From NCBI GenBank assembly GCA_048571215.1, contig CP182352.1, forward strand, positions 1,184,001 through 1,248,000: a stretch of DNA of 64,000 nucleotides, read 5' to 3'. Shown piece by piece: positions 41,354 to 50,599 of this stretch. The position numbers were made by a program, and so were the translations under genes. Every line of letters starts with the position of its first letter. Position 1 is the first letter of the stretch. The notes beneath the pieces were generated by a model, which had not been told where the DNA came from, did not search any database, and worked only from the letters and a program-made list of their open reading frames with translations. The stretch is from Halarcobacter sp. (lineage in GTDB: Bacteria; Campylobacterota; Campylobacteria; Campylobacterales; Arcobacteraceae).

Positions 41354-41392
41354 ACCTATTTTAAATCTAAGATTTTAAATAGGTTTTTGTTT
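41354..41392 (+). terminator. Hairpin with U-tract (terminator, attenuator or operator)
   Basis: ACCTATTTTAAATC-TAA-GATTTTAAATAGGT (one mismatch), then TTTTGTTT. Confidence 0.6.
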
Positions 41393-41405
41393 AAATCTCA
41401 AGGAG

Positions 41406-41660
41406 ATGAAAATGACAATAGACAATAATATAAATTCAATGATAGCTTCAGAGATGAAGATAAATGGCATGGCTTCAAATGTGGCACAAATAGGTTCACA
41501 AAGTCAAATAACTAATAAAAATGAGAATCCAGAAGTAACAAAAGATCTAATAGATTCTATTGTAGGTCAAATACCAGAAGTTATATCGTATCAAGCGAAT
41601 GCAAAAGGGATTGAAACACAACAAGAAGTTTCAGATATGTTACTTAATATAAAAGCATAA
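41406..41660 (+). CDS. Small protein with flagellar rod/hook C-terminal-like motif
   Basis: ASNVA N-terminal and DL...SYQANAKGIETQQEVSDMLLNIKA C-terminal motifs. Confidence 0.65.
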   Translation: MKMTIDNNINSMIASEMKINGMASNVAQIGSQSQITNKNENPEVTKDLIDSIVGQIPEVISYQANAKGIETQQEVSDMLLNIKA

Positions 41661-41667
41661 TAAGAAT

Positions 41668-42099
41668 ATGAGTAAGATTAATGTTGTTTGTCCACATTGC
41701 CAAAAGGTAAACTCTATTCCTAAAAAAGACAATTATGCAAAAGCAAATTGTGGAAATTGTAAAAATTCACTTTTGGATACAACTCCTATTGAATTGGATA
41801 ATAATAATTTTGACCATGTTATAGTGAATTCTGATATTCCAGTAATAGTTGATTTTTGGGCACCTTGGTGTGGACCATGTAAAATGATGGCACCTATTTT
41901 TAATGAAGTATCTCAAAAATATCCATTAAAAGCATTATTTGTTAAAGTAAATACAGAAAATGAACAAACACTTGGTGCAAAATATGGTATTCGGTCAATC
42001 CCTACACTTATAGTTTATAAAAGTGGCAAAGAGGTAAAAAGAGTTAGTGGAGCCTTAGACCCACTAAAACTTTCAAATTTGGTTAATGAGTTTTTATAG
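41668..42099 (+). CDS. trxC: Thioredoxin 2
   Basis: CPHC/CGNC zinc site and WCGPC. Confidence 0.92.
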   Translation: MSKINVVCPHCQKVNSIPKKDNYAKANCGNCKNSLLDTTPIELDNNNFDHVIVNSDIPVIVDFWAPWCGPCKMMAPIFNEVSQKYPLKALFVKVNTENEQTLGAKYGIRSIPTLIVYKSGKEVKRVSGALDPLKLSNLVNEFL

Positions 42100-42100
42100 C

Positions 42101-42595
42101 TTAAAACCTATAAATAACTCTTAATGCTACAAAATCTAATCCAGCGTTCGATCCTGCTAAATCTGCATTTGAATAATGGTTGTATTTTAGTGTAGCCTCT
42201 AGTATATCACTAAATCTATATCCAAACCCTACACTCTCTTTAAATTGAAAATTCATTCCAAATCTTTTTTTATCTAATTGTTCCTTTGTAAAATGAGCGA
42301 TACCAGCTCCTGCTTCAAAATATAAGTTTTTTGTTAAATCATAGCTTGCCATGGGTTGAGCACTTATAATAAACATATCATCTTGTTTACCTTTTGCATA
42401 CTCTCCTAAAAGTTCAATACTAAGGTTTAGATTATCTAATATCTCATAGTCTATATCTTTGATTAAAGATATACCTGTAATATCAATATCATCCTTATGT
42501 CCATAAGATAAAGAAACTTTATCAAAAGCGTTTAGAGATTGAATCGAAAATATTAAGAAAAATAAAATAATAAAATTTTTTTTCATAAAAAACAC
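42101..42595 (-). CDS. pagL: Lipid A 3-O-deacylase PagL family
   Basis: Signal peptide, FEAGAG, FQFKE, HYSNA catalytic motif, terminal YRF. Confidence 0.85.
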   Translation of the reverse strand: MFFMKKNFIILFFLIFSIQSLNAFDKVSLSYGHKDDIDITGISLIKDIDYEILDNLNLSIELLGEYAKGKQDDMFIISAQPMASYDLTKNLYFEAGAGIAHFTKEQLDKKRFGMNFQFKESVGFGYRFSDILEATLKYNHYSNADLAGSNAGLDFVALRVIYRF

Positions 42596-42662
42596 CTTTT
42601 TATTATTATAATATAAATTATTTAAAAGAAATAAATAAAATGAGTGTAATTAGATTAAAAAA

Positions 42663-43154
42663 TTATTTTTTGTTAAGAAAGTTAACAAGTTCTTCAATTT
42701 GGTTTTCATTGAAAACCTTTATTCCATTTTCAATTAAAAGTTTTGCAGTTAAACCTTGAGAGCTTACTTTTGTTTTGGAAAATGTTCCATCATATATTTC
42801 ACTATTGCTACATGAAGGAGAATTTGATTTTAATAAAGCAACAACAATTCCCTCACTTTTACATAAATCAAGGGTGTTTTTTGCTCCTAATAAAAAATTT
42901 ATAGTAACATCATCTCCTTTTTTTGTTTTTACAATAAAAGGTTTTTCTCTACTAATAATTTCAGCAGGTTCCCTTGGAATACTAAGTCCACCTGAAACTT
43001 CTGGACAAAAAGAGTAGATTTCATTTTCACTAAGAATATCCATAAATAGCTCTTTTTGTGAAAAAGTAAAGGTAGGAGTATATAAAATAGCTGAGTTTTC
43101 CCCATCATATCTTACATCCTCCCCTAAAAGACAAGACGAGATTAATATTTTCAT
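42663..43154 (-). CDS. DUF523 / TudS-like thiouracil desulfidase
   Basis: SSCLLGEDVRYDG, CPEVSGGL..PR, LKSNSPSC. Confidence 0.85.
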   Translation of the reverse strand: MKILISSCLLGEDVRYDGENSAILYTPTFTFSQKELFMDILSENEIYSFCPEVSGGLSIPREPAEIISREKPFIVKTKKGDDVTINFLLGAKNTLDLCKSEGIVVALLKSNSPSCSNSEIYDGTFSKTKVSSQGLTAKLLIENGIKVFNENQIEELVNFLNKK

Positions 43155-43157
43155 ATT

Positions 43158-43916
43158 TTACACTCTCTCCAAATACTCTTTTGAAAAAAATGTAGAGGTT
43201 TGTATATTATTAAATGCTGCTTTCATTGAGATAAACATCTGAGGATTTTCCTCTTCCATTTGTGCTAAAAGTTTTTTTGTTGTTTCTCTTGCATGGGGCA
43301 TTTTAATATCAAATCTCATGGCAGGACACGCTTCATCACCAATAACACTAATCTCATTTGACTGGGCAAATGCTTTTAGTTGTCTTTCTCTACAAAAAAT
43401 AAGTGGTCTAATAACTTCAAGACCATTTTCTGCTTTATATACAGGGGGCATAGATCTTAAAGCACCATTATATAAAAAGTTCATAAAAAATGATTCCATA
43501 GCATCATCTAAATGATGTCCAAGTGCTAATTTATTATAGCCCTGCTCTTGTGCAGTTGAGTAAAGATACCCTCTTCTCATTCTTGAAAAAAATGAGCAAA
43601 AAGATGAGTTTTTTCTGATTTTTTCTCCAGCTAATTCATATATTTCTGTGTCTACTATTTCATGTTCTATTCCATATTTTTTACAATGGTCTGCTAAAAA
43701 TTGTACTTGCTCTCCCATACCATATGTGATAGTAACAGCTTTAAACTCAAAATTGTATGGTGCAACCCTTTTTAGATGGTTTAATGCATGAATTAAGGTT
43801 GTAGAATCTTTTCCACCAGAAAAGCCTACTAATACCCTATCTCCCTCTTTGATAAGTCCATACTCTGCATTTGTTTTACCAACTAATTTTGAAATTTTTT
43901 TACTTAATTCTACCAA
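43158..43916 (-). CDS. ttcA: tRNA 2-thiocytidine synthase TtcA-family PP-loop ATPase
   Basis: SGGKDS, CSFFSRMRRG, LGHHLDD, IRPL. Confidence 0.85.
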   Translation of the reverse strand: MVELSKKISKLVGKTNAEYGLIKEGDRVLVGFSGGKDSTTLIHALNHLKRVAPYNFEFKAVTITYGMGEQVQFLADHCKKYGIEHEIVDTEIYELAGEKIRKNSSFCSFFSRMRRGYLYSTAQEQGYNKLALGHHLDDAMESFFMNFLYNGALRSMPPVYKAENGLEVIRPLIFCRERQLKAFAQSNEISVIGDEACPAMRFDIKMPHARETTKKLLAQMEEENPQMFISMKAAFNNIQTSTFFSKEYLERV

Positions 43917-44072
43917 AATGAAATATCCTCTAAAAATTTTCGCGGATTATACCATAAATTAGTATAAATGAATAGATTTACTTATGATAATTGTATTAAA
44001 ATATTTAAAAATTAATGCTAATTTTAGCTAATTAGAATATAATTTCAAACTAATTTACAATAAAGATAATTA

Positions 44073-44285
44073 ATGACTAAAAAAGAGATAGAGAGTTTCA
44101 AAATCAATATAGCAGAAAATATTTTACCACACACTAAAAATATGAATGATACTAGAATTAAAGAGGTTATCAATCATGTAATAAAAACAAATCCACAGTT
44201 ACCTGAAGGTTTTGGTAATATGTTATTTGAACAAATTAAAATAATGAAGAATTCTAGTAAATATTTACATCACCTTAATAATTAA
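44073..44285 (+). CDS. Small hypothetical protein
   Basis: 70-aa ORF; TAGAAT/TATAAT-like boxes upstream. Confidence 0.55.
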   Translation: MTKKEIESFKINIAENILPHTKNMNDTRIKEVINHVIKTNPQLPEGFGNMLFEQIKIMKNSSKYLHHLNN

Positions 44286-45209
44286 TTTATTTTTTTCATT
44301 ATTTACTAAAACTATACCCATTTGATTAAAAAAACTTTCAATATAAAATGAGAGATTTTTATAAATATTTAAATTTATAAATCCATTTGGGTAAACTTCT
44401 CTCATAGTATTTAATTCATACTTCATAACTTCCCAGATATCTTTAAAATATGAAACTTCCAAGATATAATTTGATTCATAATCTAGTTCCTCTAGGCTTA
44501 AACCTAAACCATCTAAATAACCTAAAAGATATGAGGCTTGTTTTAATAAATGTTCTATTTGTTTTATAGATACTTGAAGTAAATCCTCTCTTTGTTTATT
44601 TATCTTATATGCAAGTAGTTGAGTTCTTATATTTATATTTGTTGTTTCTAAACTTTTCATTAAAGATTGTGCAATAAGTTTTGGATATTTAGTATTCTTT
44701 GCACTATTAGATGAGATAACATTTGCAATATACTCACTCCAACATAATTGTGCTAGAGGATATATTATTGAATCAACACCTTGGTATTTAGAGGTTCTCA
44801 TAAATTTATAAAAAGAGTCTATTTTCTTATTATTATCATGAACATGTGCTAATTCGTGATGAAGTATATGAAAAGCCTCTTTATATTTACTATCATCTTC
44901 GTTTTTAAGTATATTTTTTATAAAGTCGTTTCTTATTACTAATACTAATTCATAATCATCTTGTTTTGGTATTGTAAGAACTAAAGCATAGGTATTGCTA
45001 TTTGTTTTATATCTATTTTTAAAGATACTTTTTTTATCAGTAGTAAGAACTTCAATATCTCTATCAAAATGTGAAGTTATGATTATTTTATTAAATCTTC
45101 TAAAATCCAAAAAAGAGAAATCTGATATTATTGATTGGATTTTTTCAACTATTTTAATTGATATTTTATCCGATAAACCGTTTATTTTAATCATCAAATT
45201 ATTTTTCAT
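44265..45209 (-). CDS. Hypothetical protein with HExxH zinc-metallopeptidase motif
   Basis: HILHHELAHVHD followed by WSEYIAN. Confidence 0.65.
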   Translation of the reverse strand: MKNNLMIKINGLSDKISIKIVEKIQSIISDFSFLDFRRFNKIIITSHFDRDIEVLTTDKKSIFKNRYKTNSNTYALVLTIPKQDDYELVLVIRNDFIKNILKNEDDSKYKEAFHILHHELAHVHDNNKKIDSFYKFMRTSKYQGVDSIIYPLAQLCWSEYIANVISSNSAKNTKYPKLIAQSLMKSLETTNINIRTQLLAYKINKQREDLLQVSIKQIEHLLKQASYLLGYLDGLGLSLEELDYESNYILEVSYFKDIWEVMKYELNTMREVYPNGFINLNIYKNLSFYIESFFNQMGIVLVNNEKNKLIIKVM

Positions 45210-45343
45210 AATAGATCCTTATAAATAATTATAATTATTTATAAATATCAACTAATTAATTATAATATTTTATATAAAATATTTAAGCTAAATTATATTT
45301 TATTTTTATAATATTTGTTTATATTTAAAACAAAGGAGATATT

Positions 45344-46024
45344 ATGTTTACTAAATTAATTAGCATGATTTTTGCAATAGTTTTACTTGGAGGTTCTATT
45401 TATGCACAAGATATGAATCTTAAAAGTTCTGGGGTTACTATAGAGTTTGATGGCAAAAGTTATACTATAAAAAGAATGCATGATAAGGAGTGTAAAACAA
45501 TAAATGGTGCAGATCCAGATAATATTTGGTCTGGAAATTATGCAAATGAAAAATTACCTTCAAAATGTATAAAAAAGTTTGTTACAACAGTAGGTAAGAT
45601 AACTCCAATTCAAATAAATGATAATATAAAAACTATTGGAGAGCTTGAGGTTATAAAGTTTATTAAAGAGTCACAAACAGATAAAAACAAACTTCTAATA
45701 GATGCAAGGCTTCCTGCTTGGCACGCATTAATCTCTATTCCAACTGCTACGAACATACCTTTTACATATTTTAATAAAGTAAAATATCCTTTTAAATTTT
45801 ATGATGTTTTAGATTTGATTGGTGTGGATGAGATATCTGAGGATAAATATGATTTTTCCAATGCAAAAGATTTAGTTTTATTTTGTAATGGTGCTTGGTG
45901 TCCTCAATCAACTTTAGCTATTGAGAATTTGATAAAAATTGGATATCCACAAGATAAAATAAAATGGTATAGAGGTGGTATGTACTCTTGGAAGATGTTA
46001 AATCTTACAACAGTACCCAAATAA
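45344..46024 (+). CDS. Exported rhodanese-domain protein
   Basis: Signal peptide, LIDAR, IPTATNIP, FCNGAWC, WYRGGM..W. Confidence 0.88.
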   Translation: MFTKLISMIFAIVLLGGSIYAQDMNLKSSGVTIEFDGKSYTIKRMHDKECKTINGADPDNIWSGNYANEKLPSKCIKKFVTTVGKITPIQINDNIKTIGELEVIKFIKESQTDKNKLLIDARLPAWHALISIPTATNIPFTYFNKVKYPFKFYDVLDLIGVDEISEDKYDFSNAKDLVLFCNGAWCPQSTLAIENLIKIGYPQDKIKWYRGGMYSWKMLNLTTVPK

Positions 46025-46049
46025 TAGATTACATTTGTAATCTATTATT
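46020..46049. terminator. Hairpin spanning two convergent stop codons, probable bidirectional terminator
   Basis: AATAATAGATTACA-TT-TGTAATCTATTATT perfect 14-bp inverted repeat. Confidence 0.7.
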
Positions 46050-47202
46050 CAAATACCTCTTTTAGGTCGTTTACTATAGCTTTGTCTATTTTTGAATTTT
46101 CTACTAACTCATCTAAGATTTTAAAGGCTTCATTTTTATCAAATGCTTGCCTATATGTTTTATTTGAGCTTAGTGCACTATAGATATTTAAAATTATCAT
46201 TAATCTATCTTTGAAACTTAAATCTTTCCCTTTTAAGCAGTAAGGGTAACCTGTTCCATCTATAAACTCTTGAGTTTTACTTGCCCAAGTAGTTATGTCA
46301 TTGAAGCCCATTATATTTGATAAAATTCTTTTTGTATAATATGGGTAAGATTTTATTATTTCATACTCATCTTCTGATAGTTCTGAGTCTTTATTTAATA
46401 TCTGATAAGGTATAAAAAACTTCCCAAGATTAGTTAATGAAGCTGCTATTAAAAAAGTTAATCTATCTTTATGTTCAAAATCATAAAAATCAAGCATTTT
46501 TTCACTGTTTTTGATTAAAGATGAATTATTCTCAATTATATCTGTAAAGATTCTTGTTAAGTTTAATAGTTCTTCAAAACTTATAGGAGTTGAAAAGTCA
46601 TGTAAGTTTGTAAAAATATAAGTTAGTAACTCATGTTCATTTTGCAAGTCTAACCAAAAGCTTTGATTTTCACTAAACTCACAAAAACACTCAACAATAT
46701 CACTTGAGAATAAAATATTTTCATTCTCTTTTACATATTTTATTATATGGTTTCTATTATCTATCTCTTTTTTTGATAAATCAAATTTTTCATCTATTAT
46801 AGTAGCAAATGCTAGAAATTGTGAAATAAGAGGTATCTCATCAGCTTTTAGTCCATAGGGTCCACTTCCATTATAATACTCCAATTGGTACTTTATAATA
46901 TCTTTTTCATTACCTAAAAAAGGAAAATTATCCACAAGCTTTTGTCCTAACTCACAATAATCTTTATCTTTTTTTCTTGTTTTATAAAGGGCAATATTAT
47001 GAAGTAAGGAGTAGGAGCAAATATCACTTAATCCCTCGGGTTCATAGTTAAACTCTTTTGCTAGCTTTAAAGCAATAAATGCAACTTTTTTTGAATGAGC
47101 TTCAGTAGTTTTATAAATATCTGTTTCAACTGCATCTAAAGCTGATGAAGTTGATATTAAAAAATTATTTAAATTAAATAAAATCTCTTTTTTCTTATCC
47201 AT
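46045..47202 (-). CDS. Tandem HD/HD-GYP domain protein with degenerate catalytic motifs
   Basis: HSKKVA, LLHNIA, EYYNGSGPYG; LTNLGK, EFIDGTGYP. Confidence 0.8.
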   Translation of the reverse strand: MDKKKEILFNLNNFLISTSSALDAVETDIYKTTEAHSKKVAFIALKLAKEFNYEPEGLSDICSYSLLHNIALYKTRKKDKDYCELGQKLVDNFPFLGNEKDIIKYQLEYYNGSGPYGLKADEIPLISQFLAFATIIDEKFDLSKKEIDNRNHIIKYVKENENILFSSDIVECFCEFSENQSFWLDLQNEHELLTYIFTNLHDFSTPISFEELLNLTRIFTDIIENNSSLIKNSEKMLDFYDFEHKDRLTFLIAASLTNLGKFFIPYQILNKDSELSEDEYEIIKSYPYYTKRILSNIMGFNDITTWASKTQEFIDGTGYPYCLKGKDLSFKDRLMIILNIYSALSSNKTYRQAFDKNEAFKILDELVENSKIDKAIVNDLKEVFE

Positions 47203-47333
47203 ATCTATCCTAATGTTTTTTATATTTAATGCTACTATATAGTTGCTAAATTTAGTGTAAATAGGAATAATATATATAAGAATTATTTATAAACTTTATT
47301 GTATACTAAATAATTATTAAAATTGGAGTTTTA

Positions 47334-49283
47334 TTGAATTACGATTATATGCTTAAAATGAAAAAAATGGTTTTTTTAGCTTTTTCTTTATGCCTTATTA
47401 TTATATATTTTATATATCAAGATAATAAGAAGAATATAATTAACAATGAAGTAACAAATATTGAAGATGTTTTAATTCAAATTCAAGCAGTTAGAAAATA
47501 TGTAAGTAATGATCAAAAAGATGAGATTTATAAGTTACAACAAGAAGGTATAGTCTCTTATCATTATTTCACTTCTCCTTTATTATCTTCAACTTATAGT
47601 GCAAATAGGGTTAATGAATACTACAATCAAATAAGAATTGAAAAATCTCTTCCCCCAATTGATATAAGATTTGCTGCAACAAACCCAAGAAATCCTCAAA
47701 ACTTGGCAACAAAAGAGGAAAAAGAGATTTTAAAAAAGTTTAGAAATAATGAGTTAAAACGATATAAATCAATAAAAAAAACAAAAGATGGAGATATTTT
47801 ATATATAGCATTGCCTACAAGAAGATTAGAGTCTAAATGTATGAGATGCCATGATACCCCAGAAGTTGCCCCTAAACAACTTGTTGAACAATATGGTTCA
47901 AAAGCAGGTTTTGGTGAAAAGATTGGAAATATTAAGGCTATAATGTCTATAGAAAAGCCATTAAATAGTGCCTATAAACAAGCATACTTTCAAACCTTTA
48001 AAAGTGGTATTTATATCTTTATATCAGTATTGATTTTTCTCTATTTTTATTATCGTTATAATAAAAAACTTTATAAAAAAAATGAAGAGTTGGAACTGTT
48101 AAATAAAGACTTAGATGAAAAAGTAAAAGATAGAACAAGTGAATTAGAAAACTCAAAAAAACAACTATTAAATATTATAAATAGCAGTAAATTAGGATAT
48201 TGGGATTGGAATATAGTTACAAATCAATTTCATGTAAATGATATTTGGTTAAATATGATTGGTATTTCAAGTAAAGAATTTAATAATACAAAAGATGAGT
48301 GGATAGAAAGGATTCATCCAAAAGATTTGAAAAATATAATACCAAAAATAAAAAACAATTTTAAAGGAAATAATTCTTTTTCTATTGAATATAGAATGAA
48401 ACATAAAAATGGTGAATATATTTGGATTGAGTCTGTGGGAGGAGTTGTTCAAAGAGATTCTAATAATAAAGTTATACAAGTTTGTGGTATTCATAGAAAT
48501 ATTCATCAAAAGAAACTTAATGAATTAAAAGCTTATGAACAAGAAAAGTTAATATATAATCAAGCAAAAGTTACAGCTGTTGGGGAGATGCTTAAGAATA
48601 TTTCACACCAATGGAAACAACCTTTATCTGCTATTACTACAATTGCAAGTACTATTAAGTTATCTTATGAGTTTAGAAAAGAACTTACAGGAAAAGAGTT
48701 AATTGAATATGCTGATAAGATACTAAATAATGGAAACTATTTAGCTAAAACAATAAATGACTTTTCTTCATATTTTGATAATAAGAAAGAAAATAAAGAG
48801 GAAACAAGTCTAGCTAAAATCTTTGAAAGAATAATAGACTTAATCAAAGATTCTTATCAGTTTGATAATATTATTTGTTCTTGTAGTGTTAAGGATGATT
48901 TAGTTATTGAGATAAATGAAAATCTATTTATTCAAGCTTTATTAAATCTATTTAATAATACTCAAGATGCATTTAATATAAATGCAATTGACAAGGATTC
49001 TAGATATCTATTTATTAGTGCTTCAAAAGAGGAGTCTAATATTGTAGTTTCTTTAAAAGATAGTGCTGGTGGTATTGATAAAAATATTATTGATAAAATC
49101 TTTGAACCATACTTTACAACTAAACATCAAAGTGTTGGCACAGGTATTGGTTTGTATATGACTAATCAGATTATTAATAAACACTTGCATGGAACAATAA
49201 GTGTAAAAAATAGTAAATATGTTTATAATGGAAAAGAGTTGTTAGGTTGTGAATTTAAAATATATTTACCCTATGAATCTTAG
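47334..49283 (+). CDS. Sensor histidine kinase with periplasmic heme-c (DUF3365-like) and PAS domains
   Basis: NPRNPQN, CMRCH, YGSKAGFG; PAS (GYWDW..RIHPKD..EYRM); ISHQWKQPL, DSAGGI, FEPYFTTK, GTGIGL. Confidence 0.88.
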   Translation: MNYDYMLKMKKMVFLAFSLCLIIIYFIYQDNKKNIINNEVTNIEDVLIQIQAVRKYVSNDQKDEIYKLQQEGIVSYHYFTSPLLSSTYSANRVNEYYNQIRIEKSLPPIDIRFAATNPRNPQNLATKEEKEILKKFRNNELKRYKSIKKTKDGDILYIALPTRRLESKCMRCHDTPEVAPKQLVEQYGSKAGFGEKIGNIKAIMSIEKPLNSAYKQAYFQTFKSGIYIFISVLIFLYFYYRYNKKLYKKNEELELLNKDLDEKVKDRTSELENSKKQLLNIINSSKLGYWDWNIVTNQFHVNDIWLNMIGISSKEFNNTKDEWIERIHPKDLKNIIPKIKNNFKGNNSFSIEYRMKHKNGEYIWIESVGGVVQRDSNNKVIQVCGIHRNIHQKKLNELKAYEQEKLIYNQAKVTAVGEMLKNISHQWKQPLSAITTIASTIKLSYEFRKELTGKELIEYADKILNNGNYLAKTINDFSSYFDNKKENKEETSLAKIFERIIDLIKDSYQFDNIICSCSVKDDLVIEINENLFIQALLNLFNNTQDAFNINAIDKDSRYLFISASKEESNIVVSLKDSAGGIDKNIIDKIFEPYFTTKHQSVGTGIGLYMTNQIINKHLHGTISVKNSKYVYNGKELLGCEFKIYLPYES

Positions 49284-49296
49284 AATTTTTAGGTGA

Positions 49297-50082
49297 TTAT
49301 TCACCTAAAAATTCTGTCATAGCTTCTACAGCTGTAGTTGTCATATCTAAATCTAAATGTGGTGCACCTTCAACTTTAATTAGTTTTGCATCAAAGCCTT
49401 TATCTTCCATTATTTTAAAAAAGCTAGTTGTTACTTCTGGTTTTGAAATTTTATCTTTTGTACCATATATAAAAAGAAATCTTGTATTTTTATCTACTTG
49501 GTCAAGTACATCAACTAATGAAATTAAGCCTTCAGATTTGTTATCTTTGTGGATATCATATCTTCCTCCTGCTAAGGCTATATTTTGGATTAGACCGGGG
49601 CTAACACCAGTTAGTGTTGCACCCATCATAGCACCAGCACTATGACCTATATAGTTAACAGTAGTTGCTTTATATTTATTTTTAAAAGCTTCTACTAGTT
49701 TTGAAAGAAACTCAATATACTCTTTTTTTGCTGCAAGATTTTTAACACCTTCATGAGCTAATGCCTCAAAATTGTTTGTTGAAGAGTTTGAATAACCAGG
49801 AAGAGCAACTGCAATGGTTGTTAAATCTGTATTAAAATTCATTACCTCTGCAAAAGGTGCATATCTTCCCAAAGTATTTGTTCCTGCATCCCACGTTCCA
49901 TGAACAATTATTGTAATTTGGTCATTTGAATAACCATCATATGCTCTATATTCAATACACTCTCCCCCAGCGAAAATATAGTTATCACCTAATTGTTTAC
50001 ATTCACTTTGATTGATTTTTTTAGCCTCAAGTGAAAGTGACATAATACAAATTAAGATTATAAAAGAAACTTTTTTTAACAT
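49297..50082 (-). CDS. Exported alpha/beta hydrolase
   Basis: Signal peptide, VHG, GHSAG, GTKD, GAPH. Confidence 0.82.
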   Translation of the reverse strand: MLKKVSFIILICIMSLSLEAKKINQSECKQLGDNYIFAGGECIEYRAYDGYSNDQITIIVHGTWDAGTNTLGRYAPFAEVMNFNTDLTTIAVALPGYSNSSTNNFEALAHEGVKNLAAKKEYIEFLSKLVEAFKNKYKATTVNYIGHSAGAMMGATLTGVSPGLIQNIALAGGRYDIHKDNKSEGLISLVDVLDQVDKNTRFLFIYGTKDKISKPEVTTSFFKIMEDKGFDAKLIKVEGAPHLDLDMTTTAVEAMTEFLGE

Positions 50083-50151
50083 AGATACTCCTTTTTTATA
50101 TATTGTATATAAATACCCTTATCTTAATATTTATTTTTAATTATAAATTAT

Positions 50152-50589
50152 TTAATAAGCTATAACTCCAATATATCCTGCAACTTGCCTTTCTATAAGT
50201 TCCACAATTCCAGCTTGCACATAAGATACATCATCTATAAAATCATCTTTTGTCCAGTTCATAGTTTCCATTGTGTTTTTACATACAATAAACTCAACAT
50301 CATATTCCATAAGTGATTGGATTCTTGTTAGAGTAGCTTTATCATAATCTTTTTTTAAAGCTCTAACTCCATTTCCATAAGATACAACAACTATTTTCAA
50401 AGATTCAATTGGATACTCTTTTAAAATATTATAAAGGCTACTTAGATTGTGATTGACTTTTTTTATGTCAGAATCATAAAGTTGTACAACTATCTTTCTT
50501 GGGTTTTCAAAAGTTGGTTGAGGGTCACTAAATGTTGATTGGGCAAAAGCTATTACTGATGTTAGTAATAGTATAAGAAGTTTTTTCAT
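50152..50589 (-). CDS. Exported DsrE-family protein (start moved to MKKLL)
   Basis: AAGGA RBS, signal peptide, VVSYGNGV, VCKNTM, AGIVELIERQ..GY. Confidence 0.82.
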   Translation of the reverse strand: MKKLLILLLTSVIAFAQSTFSDPQPTFENPRKIVVQLYDSDIKKVNHNLSSLYNILKEYPIESLKIVVVSYGNGVRALKKDYDKATLTRIQSLMEYDVEFIVCKNTMETMNWTKDDFIDDVSYVQAGIVELIERQVAGYIGVIAY

Positions 50590-50599
50590 TAAAATCCTT

